A stretch of 20,000 nt of DNA from Chiloscyllium plagiosum (Eukaryota). Of this stretch, positions 11,190-19,583 are shown piece after piece; within the stretch, counting starts at the first letter, position 1; the number at the start of each line of letters is the position of its first letter. The stretch spans positions 26,311,026 through 26,331,025 of the forward strand of contig NC_057718.1 of NCBI RefSeq assembly GCF_004010195.1, written 5' to 3'. The position numbers and the translations under genes were made by a program. Below the pieces are notes generated by a model. It was not told where the DNA came from. It searched no databases and saw only the letters and a list, made by a program, of their open reading frames with translations.

Positions 11190-11990
11190 TCTGCAGTTGT
11201 TGGTCCAGCAGTATCTATGGCATAGAACATCTGCGACAGCCAACACTTGTAATCCAACACATGGAATTGGTAAATCCTTGTATGCTGAAAGTTTTACTTT
11301 TGTAGGTTGTGTCACAGCCTTCCGTGTTTGTGAGTATGTTTTTAGAACTCATAGGTGTTTGCTCCAGTGTCGATCTTAGCTGATAACAAATAATTAGCAA
11401 CTTTCTGATGAAGAATCATTTGAGTTTTGCAAACACTTCAGATGTTGTGATAACTTTTGAACTGGTAAGAAATGTAAAATGTGAGTTCACCATTTATTGT
11501 ATCAAATTGTACATCATCAAATTCTGGCTTGTCAATCACTTCATGTCCATGCATCTAGTAGGATACCAGACAGTCTTTATTGCAGCTTGAAAGTACTCAT
11601 TGTGTGTTGTTTGAGTTGGTCAACAGCTCTTGGTTGATTTGCCATAGTGCTCTGCCTCTGCCAATGGCTTTTTCCGCCATACGCGTGGCAAAATTGATTG
11701 AAAGCTGGGCATTTCATTGGTGCCTGCAGAAAGCAACACTTACAATATGGCTTGCTATGCTTTGGTGTTTTAGTGATGGTGTCAATTGTTAAATTTCAGC
11801 TTAGGGTCTGTAAACTTCATCAACCTACAACAATTATGAAGCACTTGCATTCAGTAGCTGTTTAACTCTTTGGTCTCTTTAGCAAATCGTTTTGGAAAGC
11901 TTCCATGGATGTTGGTGTAATCACCAAGTCAACAATTCTGTTAGTTAGTTTCCCATCTGAAAAATGATGTAGCTAGCCCTTTAGAAACAT
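11190..11990 (-). pseudogene. Second Ty3/Gypsy relic: gag (CCHC knuckle) and aspartic protease
   Basis: Minus strand: VITPTSMEAFQNDLLKRPK; KCPAFNQFCHAYGGKSHWQRQS (decayed CX2CX4HX4C, ~11649-11711); AKIDTGA (11360-11380); QPTKVKLSAYKDLPIPCVG; MFYAIDTAGP. Confidence 0.85.
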
Positions 11991-12094
11991 TGATAATAGG
12001 AGTTAATGGCTGATCCTTTATTTCAAACCAATACTTTTGCTTTTTCCTCATATCTTTTTAGATTCTAAAAATCTATTTCTTTCTTAAGTACATT

Positions 12095-12483
12095 CAATGA
12101 CTTTTCCTCAGAATCGCCGCCTTGAACTGAAGACGTTTCTCCTTATCTCAGTCCAAAATGGCCAACCACAACTCCTGAGATTGTGACCTCTTCTTCTGAA
12201 TCCCAGTCCCTGGCCGAGGGAAATATTATTTGGGCATCTAGTCTGTTTATCCTGTCTGAGTCTAATGCATTTCAGTCACAACCCCTCTCATTTTTCTAAA
12301 CACTAGTGATCACAGGACCAGTCAAATCAACCTCTTCTCATATGATGAACTTGCCATCTGTGGATTCAATCCGGTGAACCTTTGCTGCTCTCCCTCAAAG
12401 GAAAGTCTGTCATTTCTTTGGTAAGGAAACTAAAACCACTCTGGGTGTGATCTCTCTAAAGCCCTGTACAGCTGCAGTAAGAT
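12095..12483 (-). mobile_element. CR1 LINE ORF2 3' fragment
   Basis: CR1-like remnants (tttctccttatctcagtcc; ccctctcatttttctaaac; aatccggtgaacctttgctgc; gccctgtacagctgcagtaaga). Continues at ~13070. Confidence 0.75.
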
Positions 12484-12615
12484 TTAGAGCCATAGAATCC
12501 CTACATACAGAAGATGTTGTTCAACCCACCTAGTCTGCACTGGCCCTCTGTATAGCATCCACTCAAAACCAGCCCCCGCATTTACCAAGACTAACCTACC
12601 TAGCTTGCATATCCA
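12484..12615 (-). mobile_element. HE1-like SINE, 3' half
   Basis: catagaatccctaca... through ...acctagcttgcatatcc parallels 18071-18220. Confidence 0.65.
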
Positions 12616-12897
12616 GCAAGGACTCACAATGGTGAGGGCGTTGTTGGAGATGATATGGAGCCGAAGAGTTGCAGCAGCACGATGAAGGGTCTTGAGCCTG
12701 GCCATCAAGTCCATTGCCCATGTTGAAGCACTTAACAAGAGGAATTATAAAGTTGAACACTTTTTAAAATTTCTTCATTCTTCTGCCTTAAAATTCCATG
12801 GTTTGGTTTATTTTCAGATGGCACCAGAGAGCGCAGACACTGTACAACACTTTTTGCTGTATTTTAAAACAAAACCCACAATAAATAAATCAAATCA
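12616..12897 (+). mobile_element. Unclassified retroposon fragment inserted into the SINE
   Basis: Sits between the two SINE halves and ends in acaataaataaatcaaatca, a poly-A signal plus (AAATC)n tail. Confidence 0.5.
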
Positions 12898-12899
12898 CC

Positions 12900-13066
12900 T
12901 CCCTTGACAACTTGGCATGGCCAACCCACCTAACCTGCACTATGGGAGGAAGCCAGTGGAAACGCACACAGACACAAGGAAACCGTGTCAACTCCACACG
13001 GACAGTCACCCGAGGCTGGAACCAAACCCGGGTCCCTGGCACTGTGAGGCAGAACTGAGCTACTGT
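12900..13066 (-). mobile_element. HE1-like (V-SINE) SINE, 5' half
   Basis: gcatggccaacccacctaacctgcac..aactccacacggacagtcacccgaggctggaa..cccgggtccctggcactgtgaggcag; homologous to 14272-14470. Confidence 0.85.
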
Positions 13067-13067
13067 A

Positions 13068-13455
13068 TTAGTGGCTTTGTTTGCTCCTGTACTCAAACGC
13101 TTTTGCAATAAAGGCCAACATGCCATCTGTTTTCCCAACTGTTTGCTGCACCTGTACGCTTGCTTTCAATAACTGCTGTACAAAGACGTCCAAGTCTTTC
13201 TGTACATTAACCTTTCCCAATCTGTCACCATTTAAATAATATACTTCTGTTCTGTTTTTCCAAAATGGATAACTTCTGCTATATATTTTCCTGATCACCC
13301 AATTTGTCCAAATCATTCTGAAGGCTTTTTATATTCTTTTCACCACTCACACCCCCACTTATGGCATCAGCAAACTTGGTAATATTACACGGGATTGTCT
13401 CATCCAAATTGTTATTAATGTTGTGAATAGCTGAGGCCCAAGCACTAATCCTTGA
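13068..13455 (-). pseudogene. CR1 reverse transcriptase relic
   Basis: QGLVLGPQLFT (QGSVLGP motif), ITKFADA (FADD motif) and YYLNGDRLGKVNVQKDLDVFV..GMLAFIAKAFEYRSK. Confidence 0.9.
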
Positions 13456-13594
13456 AGGTATGTATGGTTGCTGTGAAAATGTATGGATGCCTGTACGCCA
13501 TCATACCATGCAACATTTTCTCCCTATCTACCCCATGCAATTTGCCCCAACACTTTAATAACTTCTTTTTTTCAAATTCAATAACCTGCCCTCA

Positions 13595-13930
13595 GATTGA
13601 GCCATCTCACTTTCAAACATAATGTAAAATGCTGTCATATAGGGTCACGGATTACTAAAGGTTATGTTACAACAAATTATAAATTAGCTCTTTTATCATT
13701 GGATAAAATAACCTGTTCACTAGTTAGTTCCTCATTCCTAAAACACTGCAGAAACTCACTCTCCATAGCATTAGCGCTCATCACGATTACCCAGTCTACA
13801 TGCAGAATGAAATCACCCCATGATTACTATATTGACCGTGCTACATGTTTCTCCAATCTTCCAATTACTGCCATGCCTCACACTATTACTTTTGTTTCGT
13901 CATCTATAAACAGCTCCTGACAATGTTTGC
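13595..13930 (-). pseudogene. CR1 APE-endonuclease relic
   Basis: Minus strand GAVYR*RN (GVVYRPPN-like), VIMGDFILHVDW (MGDFN motif) and EFLQCFR. Confidence 0.75.
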
Positions 13931-14214
13931 TGCCCAATGCTTATAGCTTAAAGCCATTTGTTTGTAAAATCAAAGCAGCAAGTACTTCATCATACATCAG
14001 AGAGATGTAGAAGTCAATAGTTACTAGTTACATGCCAGCCATCTATGGTTGGGTATCTAAAGCACTGAGTATCTCACAAAGTCTAAAATTGATTTGGAAG
14101 ACCAGTTTGGTTCCGGTGAGTTGGGCTTTTAATGACAACTAACACATGTAGATAACTTTCTTGGCATCTGCTAGCGAGAAGATCAACTAGCCTTTTAAAA
14201 CCAGGAACTTTGAA

Positions 14215-14645
14215 CTTTTAGATAGGCACTGAATATGCAAGGAATGAAGGGATATGGACCAAGGGCATGGTGGGCGGCATGGTGGCACAGTGATTAGCAC
14301 TGCTGCCTCACAGCGCCAGAGACCCGGGTTCAATTCCCACCTCAGGCGACTGACTGTGTGGAGTTTGCACGTTCTCCCCGTGTCTGCGTGGGTTTCCTCC
14401 GGGTGCTCCGGTTTCCTCCCATACTCCAAAGATGTGCAGATCAGGTGAATTGGCCATGCTAAATTGCCCGTAGTGTTAGGTAAGGGGTAAATGTAGGGCA
14501 ATGGGTTGGTGTGGACTTGTTGGGCCGAAGGGCCTGTTTCCACACTGTAATCTAATCTAATCTAGTGTAATTTAGCATCATGTTTGATGACCAACATTGT
14601 GGATCAAAGGATCTGTTCCTGATCTATACACTTCTCAGTTCTGTT
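14215..14645 (+). mobile_element. Old CR1 3' end, split by the SINE at 14272-14563
   Basis: ttagataggcactgaatatgcaaggaatgaagggatatggacca before the SINE; gcatcatgttt..acattgtggatcaaaggatctgttcctg after it. Confidence 0.6.
14272..14563 (+). mobile_element. HE1-like tRNA-derived V-SINE (well preserved)
   Basis: A box tggcacagtga, B box ggttcaattcc, central V-domain (gtggagtttgcacgttctccccgtgtctgcgtgggtttcctccgggtgctccggtttcctccca), CR1-like tail gggccgaagggcctgtttcc and (taatc)n end. Confidence 0.95.
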
Positions 14646-14707
14646 TTAACTTAATTTCTGAAGTTTGTTTTGATGACAAGTATCTGATTTTTTTTTGCCA
14701 GTCATAC

Positions 14708-14810
14708 TTTTCATTCTCATTGCCTTCTTTGAAACTGGAAAATCTTGCCCAGTGTCCAATGTGAAATGAACTTTGGCCAACTCAGTCAAATCACCCATAA
14801 GATGATCCAT
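14708..14810 (-). CDS. Candidate internal exon (103 nt), unidentified gene
   Basis: Acceptor atattccattattcag|, donor AAA|GTATGA. Only phase 0 is open: MDHLMGDLTELAKVHFTLDTGQDFPVSKKAMRMK + 1 nt. Confidence 0.3.
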
Positions 14811-15300
14811 CTGAATAATGGAATATATCACATTAACACAGCATGTTATGCTGTGAATGGGGCAGTATCTAAGTGGAAAATGTATTATTCTACATCAGTC
14901 AATCATATCAGTCAGGAAACTAGATGGTGTTCTATTTCTCATTTCCACCATTTATCATCTTCATTAACTCTGAAATTGGCCATTCTAAAAAAAATGAATG
15001 TTGTTGGTAATTACCCTTTACAGGAGCTTGGTGACTTCTAACATTTGTTATTCCCTTATGGCTCCAAGTATAGTGTAAGTCTAATGTCCTAATAATGTAA
15101 ATCATATTTGCAATGAGGCTTGTAAGTTTTCAGACAGGATGCTTTGATAAAGATACCATTCCTCAGGGAGAAAAGGAGATTCAACTCAACCTTTAATAAA
15201 TGTCATGCTAGCCGAAACATTGAATGCAACTAATATAATAAGTCTAGTCAGGATTTATAATTTCTCAAAGATAAGACTCTTATATTGATCTGATTTTCAG

Positions 15301-15361
15301 CCTAATTCAGTACAATATTCTGATTGGGTGCACAGAGAGCTCCTTCTACTCTGCTCAATAA
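15301..15361 (+). CDS. Candidate terminal coding exon
   Basis: Acceptor gatctgattttcag|. Phase-2 reading LIQYNILIGCTESSFYSAQ* is phase-compatible with 5556-5701. Confidence 0.25.
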
Positions 15362-15670
15362 TGTGTTTTAACCCCTGTCTCGGAAGGATCTCGTCGAGTA
15401 CTATTTCTATTTCTTGTATAAAACACCCTGTGGACTGGCTGAATGAGATCTTGAGCTGGCTTTTCATTATGGAGAATCAGGTTTCGGAAATTGTGAATCT
15501 AACTCTGGCCCCGTGCTGGCTGCTTGGCTGGCAGAAGTTTCAACCAAGAAAGGTTCAAAATTCCATTTTAATTGTTTTATATGTAAGCGTGAATGGGCTA
15601 TAGTTGCTGCTTTCTGCCTCCTTCCGTCCATTGAGGTCAAAACCATAGAATGTTTTCAGGAAGGATTTAT

Positions 15671-15992
15671 GGGTGGCACAGTGGCTCAGTACTACTGTCT
15701 CACTGTGCCAACAGCCTGGGTTCAATTCCTGCCTCGGGCAACTGTCTTTGTGAAGGTTGTGCATTCTCCCCGTGTGTGCATGGGTTTTCTCTGGGTGCTC
15801 TGGTTTCCTCCCACAATCCAAAGCTGTGCAGGTCAGGTGAATTGGCCATGCTAAATTGTCCATAGTATTGGGTGCATTAGTCAGGGGGAAACATAGGGTG
15901 AGGGTACGGGTCTGGGTGGGTTACTCTTCGGAGGGTCGGTGTGGACTTGTTGGGCCAAAGGGCCTGTTTCCATACTGTAGGGAATCTAATCT
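15671..15992 (+). mobile_element. HE1-like V-SINE
   Basis: Homologous to 14272-14563; B box ggttcaattcc; ends gaatctaatct. Confidence 0.92.
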
Positions 15993-16142
15993 TAACTATA
16001 GCTGTTAGGCCTAAAGGGATCAAAGGGTATGTGGAGGATGGCAGAACAAGGTACTAAGTTGGATAATCAATCAAATCATATTAAATGGTGGAGCAAGCTC
16101 AAAGTGTGGAACGGCTTCCTTCTGCTCCTACTTTCTATGTTT
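15993..16142 (+). mobile_element. CR1 3' end (5' part at ~15625-15670, split by the SINE)
   Basis: ctaaagggatcaaagggtatg..aatggtggagcaagctcaaag..cttctgctcctactttctatgtt. Confidence 0.75.
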
Positions 16143-16146
16143 GGAA

Positions 16147-16430
16147 GTTGGCTTTCCAATCCACTAGAAACTTTTCAAACTGTAGGGCATTTTAGAAGAT
16201 GACAAGTAATGCTTCCATTATCTATGCACTCGTCTTTTTTAGGTTCCTAGAAGTTAGGCCATCACGTCCAGGAGACCTATGAGCCTTTAGTTCCTTTCGT
16301 TTTCTAAGTTCATTTTCTCTAGTGATTATGATTGTTTCACGTATATTTCTCCCTTTTGTCCCCTACTTTTTGGTTATTCTTGAGACATATTTGTGGCTTT
16401 CCGTCCTGAGAACACTATTCAAAATACTGT
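16147..16430 (-). mobile_element. CR1 ORF2 fragment (pre-RT region)
   Basis: Minus strand ELKAHRSPGRDGL resembles the LKADKSPGPDGL motif. Confidence 0.7.
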
Positions 16431-16735
16431 TCAAAATCATAAATTTGTCAAAATAAACAAATATTATTTGAACCAGTACTTGAAAATTCATAATTATCTT
16501 CAGAGGCTCACGAAGACAGTTATTTCAACAAGCGTGTTTGATTTGTGTTTATTTTAGTGAGAAGGCTGACTTACTGATAATACCACTGGGCTAACAATCC
16601 AAAGGCCCAGCCTTATATTCTGGGGACACAGATTCAAATCCCACCAGAGGACCTGGTGGAATTTAAATTTAATTAATAAATTGAACAAATTAATAAAATC
16701 CAGGATTGAATGCTCCTGTCAGTAATGGTTACCAT

Positions 16736-16968
16736 TGAAATAACTCCACAAAGGCCGGAATCCTGTCACCAAGTCTCCTTTTATTTACGCAGTGCATAGT
16801 GCATGACACTGACCCAGCTAGCTCAGAGCCAGCTCATAGAGTGAATAGAGCGCCCGACACTCCTGTTTCTGTCAGTCAGGGCTACCTGGTTGCACCAGGT
16901 TAACAGCCCCAATCTGGGAACTCATATTTTATTTCGTCCACCTGGCTGACTTCATTCCAATCACGACA
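16736..16968 (-). mobile_element. Solo LTR of the same Gypsy family as 1697-1930
   Basis: End-to-end homology (tgaaataactcc.caaaggc...ttccaatcac.ac), TG...CA termini, flanks accat/accgc (decayed TSD). Confidence 0.9.
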
Positions 16969-17235
16969 ACCGCAAAAATATCAATTGTCATAAAAACCTA
17001 AACAAATCGATTATCATGTGGGGAAACGTAAAGTTATCCACTTTGGTCATGAAAATGGAAATGCAGAACGGTTTTTAAAATGTGTGAAAATTTTAAACGT
17101 GTTCATGCTCAGAGGCCTGGGTGTAGATGTGCAGGATATATGGGAAAGTAGGATACAGGGTATAGAAAGCAATTAGGAAGGAGAAAGACATTTTGGCCTT
17201 TATTGCAAGGGAGTAGGTGTACAGGGATAAAGAAG

Positions 17236-17435
17236 ATGGAAATGTGTTGCTGGAAAAGCGCAGCAGGTCAGGCAGCATCTAGGGAACAGGAGAATCGACG
17301 TTTCGGGCATTAGCCCTTCTTCAGATGCCCGAAACGTCGATTCTCCTGTTCCCTAGATGCTGCCTGACCTGCTGCGCTTTTCCAGCAACACATTTCCATC
17401 TCTGATCTCCAGCATCTGCAGACCTCACTTTCTCC
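17236..17435. mobile_element. Young 200-bp fold-back Penelope-like insertion (family B)
   Basis: Perfect 77-bp inverted repeat 17234-17310 / 17325-17401 with a 14-nt spacer. Perfect 16-bp TSD tacagggataaagaag (17220-17235, 17436-17451). Confidence 0.95.
17294..17324 (-). ncRNA. Minimal hammerhead core (family B)
   Basis: CUGAAGA-A-GGGC-UAAU-GCCC-GAAA-C-GUC-GAU with palindromic ACGU stem III. The 5' strand of stem I is removed by the inversion junction. Confidence 0.7.
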
Positions 17436-18070
17436 TACAGGGATAAAGAAGCCTTGTTCAATGTTTTGCTGAGATCATATCTGTACACAGTTTTACTCTC
17501 CAAATATGAGAAAGGGTGGACTCGCATTGCCCCCATTCCAGTGGAGGCATTACAACAAATATTCTTTCAATTAGTTACTAGGATGAGGGGTTGTCTTATG
17601 ATGAGAGGCTGAATAAATTTCTTTGGTGTTCAGAAGAAGGACATCTAGAAGAAGCAGAGGTGTTCTAATTGAAAGATACAAGATTCATTAGCAGCATGAT
17701 TGGGTAGATGCTGAGAGTTTGTTCTCACCAATCATGGGGCCACAGCCTTAGGTGAAAAGGTTGATCATTTTCGACTGAGATGAGGCAAAATTATTTTCCT
17801 CAAACAGTAATGAATCAATGGAATCTACACCATGGAACACTCTTAAGGAACCGAGGGATATGGAGAGTGGGCAGGAAGTGAGAGTTGAAGTCCAAAGATC
17901 AGCCTTGATCATACTGAATGATGGAACAGGCCTGATAGTCTATATGGTTCACTGCTGCACCTTTTGCTTGTGCTGATCCATGTTCCTTAGTTTCCTTACA
18001 CTGATCTGAGCTGCATGTAACTCCAGACCCAAAGCGACTGACTTTTTAAGTGCCTCTGAAATGGCCTAGT

Positions 18071-18423
18071 ATCATAGAATCATAGAAACCCTACAGTGTG
18101 GAAGCAGGCCATTCAGCCTATCAAGTCCACACTGACCCTCTCAGAGCATCCCACCCAGACCCACTCCCCCTCTACCCGATCCCGCATTTCCCATGGATAA
18201 TCCACCTAAGCTACACATCCCTGATGTTATGGGGCAATTTAGCATGGCCAATCCACCGAGCCTGCACATCTTTGGACTGCGGGAAGAAACTGGAGCACCC
18301 ACGGGAAACCTACATGGGAAGAATATGCAAACTTCACATGGACAGTAGCCTGATGGTGGAATCAAGCTTGGGACCCTGGCGCTGCGAGGCAACAATGTTA
18401 ACCACTGAGCCACCGTACCGCCC
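18071..18423 (-). mobile_element. HE1-like V-SINE, full length
   Basis: Minus strand starts gggcggtacggtggctcagtggttaac, contains the V-domain and ends in an (ttctatga)n tail. Confidence 0.92.
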
Positions 18424-19223
18424 CAAAGTAAAGTGGTTACATGTGGAAATTAGGATTGGGCAACAAATGTTGTCCTTGCCAATGACACCATATACCATGA
18501 AAGAATAAAACAAAAGTCACTGGTGGATCAGTCACACCCTTCTCAACTGGGATCAGATTGTTTTTGGGAGGTGCATTTACATAATAATGAGAGAGATCTT
18601 CCCCACAACCATACCACTTTGTGTGTGGTTAACCTGATACAGTATGGGCCTTCTACCCCTCAATTAGATTGGCCAGCACAGCCCATGAGTTCTAACACAC
18701 CAGGAAAATTATATCAGGCTGCTGACAGAACTGCAGGCAGTCCCAGGATGAACACCACTCCATCCCCCAATGAATCCTCCGTCCCAATAAGTCAGAGGCA
18801 TTGGGCAGGAACAATTCGAGCATCTCAGGAAAGGAAATGAAGGGAGTGGGTTTTAAAGTGCAGGCAAGGGGAAGAAAAGGTGCTGTCCCTGATGCACAAC
18901 AGTGCACCCTAAAGATAGTACCATCTTTCCTTCTGCTTTCTTTAAAAATAATTAGGGAAAAAAGGTTGCCAGTCCCACTTGGCTGCCTATGTCAACCACA
19001 TTATAGTGTGGATAACGTAATATTCGGCACAACTGACTTTTTAACAAGCTCAACTAACCTGTAATTATTTATTTAAATATGGCAGGTAGGCCAGTCCATC
19101 CCCCTCCATGCTGTGGGTACAACTTGGGGATGAATGGCCTATTTTACATGCCTTCACACGCACCTAGCGGGCTACAGAAAATCCAGCCATTGGTTACTAA
19201 AGAGTCCTATCTGCTGAACTCAC

Positions 19224-19415
19224 CTTCCCCTCTTCATTCATCTCATTACCTCTCAAATAACAGTTGTATATTTCTCTTTCCATTTCATCAGCTGAAGTGC
19301 TGCTGACTTTTTTTTACAAATTATAGTGAACGTGCTCTTGAGGTAAATCACTACGTAAAGAAGGAAGCACATTCTTTTAGATATGCAGGAGCCTAAACCT
19401 CTGGGAATTCTATCA
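19224..19415 (-). CDS. Candidate start-codon-containing exon (coding part 19224-19283)
   Basis: Strong acceptor ttttccttcttgctgtacag|, strong donor AAG|GTGAGT, ATG in GAAATGG context: MEREIYNCYLRGNEMNEEGK (phase 0). Confidence 0.35.
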
Positions 19416-19465
19416 CTGTACAGCAAGAAGGAAAAGTTGCAAATTTTTATATAAACCATTTATGG

Positions 19466-19583
19466 ATTCAGTTCAGTTTCTGGTCAATAGTAAATCCCAG
19501 AATGTTGACAGTGAGGGACCCAGTGACAGTGGTGCCATTGAATGTCAAAAGGCAGTATTTAGATTGCCTCTTGTTTGAGATGG
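19466..19583 (-). mobile_element. CR1-group LINE fragment (same group as 4170-4810), target of the PLE insertion
   Basis: cagttcagtttctggtcaat..atgttga..gccattgaatgtcaa; reverse complement resembles 4190-4270. Confidence 0.7.

Larger units (their letters stand above)
17003..17985 (+). mobile_element. 5'-truncated CR1 LINE
   Basis: QIDYHVGKRKVIHFGHEN (resembles QMEYNVGKCEVIHFGRKN), ILAFIAR, and a CR1 3' end (gatcagccttgatcatactgaatgatggaacaggc). Interrupted at 17236-17435. Confidence 0.85.
16561..18514 (+). mobile_element. Old tRNA-derived SINE broken into four pieces (16561-16735, 16969-17000, ~17990-18070, 18424-18514)
   Basis: B-box-like gattcaaatccc (16631-16642), ggtggaatttaaatt, ttgtcataaaaacc, catgtaactccagaccca..ctctgaaatggcctag, and tail aattaggattgggcaacaaatg..atgaaagaataaaa, in the order recalled for an abundant shark SINE. 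Family name not assigned. Confidence 0.65.

Noticed and set aside
14272..14345. tRNA-like sequence with A and B boxes
   Set aside because: It is a SINE head that runs directly into the V-domain and CR1-like tail, not a tRNA gene.
14187..14543. 118-aa ORF and similar ORFs at 12917, 15555 and 18098 (RKPEHPEETHADTGRTCKLHT)
   Set aside because: These are antisense translations of the V-SINE core; their mutual similarity reflects SINE copies, not a protein family.
1697..16968. A single ~15-kb LTR element bounded by 1697-1930 and 16736-16968
   Set aside because: The distal LTR has its own TSD-like flanks inside a SINE and no PBS; the interior is a mosaic of unrelated repeats.
17234..17401. MITE / DNA transposon or pre-miRNA reading of the palindrome
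   Set aside because: The arms are not terminal on both sides (34-nt one-sided tail), the TSD is 16 bp, and the sequence is homologous to the PLE 3' region at 19584-19710.
18515..19190. Possible Harbinger-like MITE ending gaaaatccagcc (similar end near 2170-2183)
   Set aside because: I could not find a matching left terminal inverted repeat or TSD.
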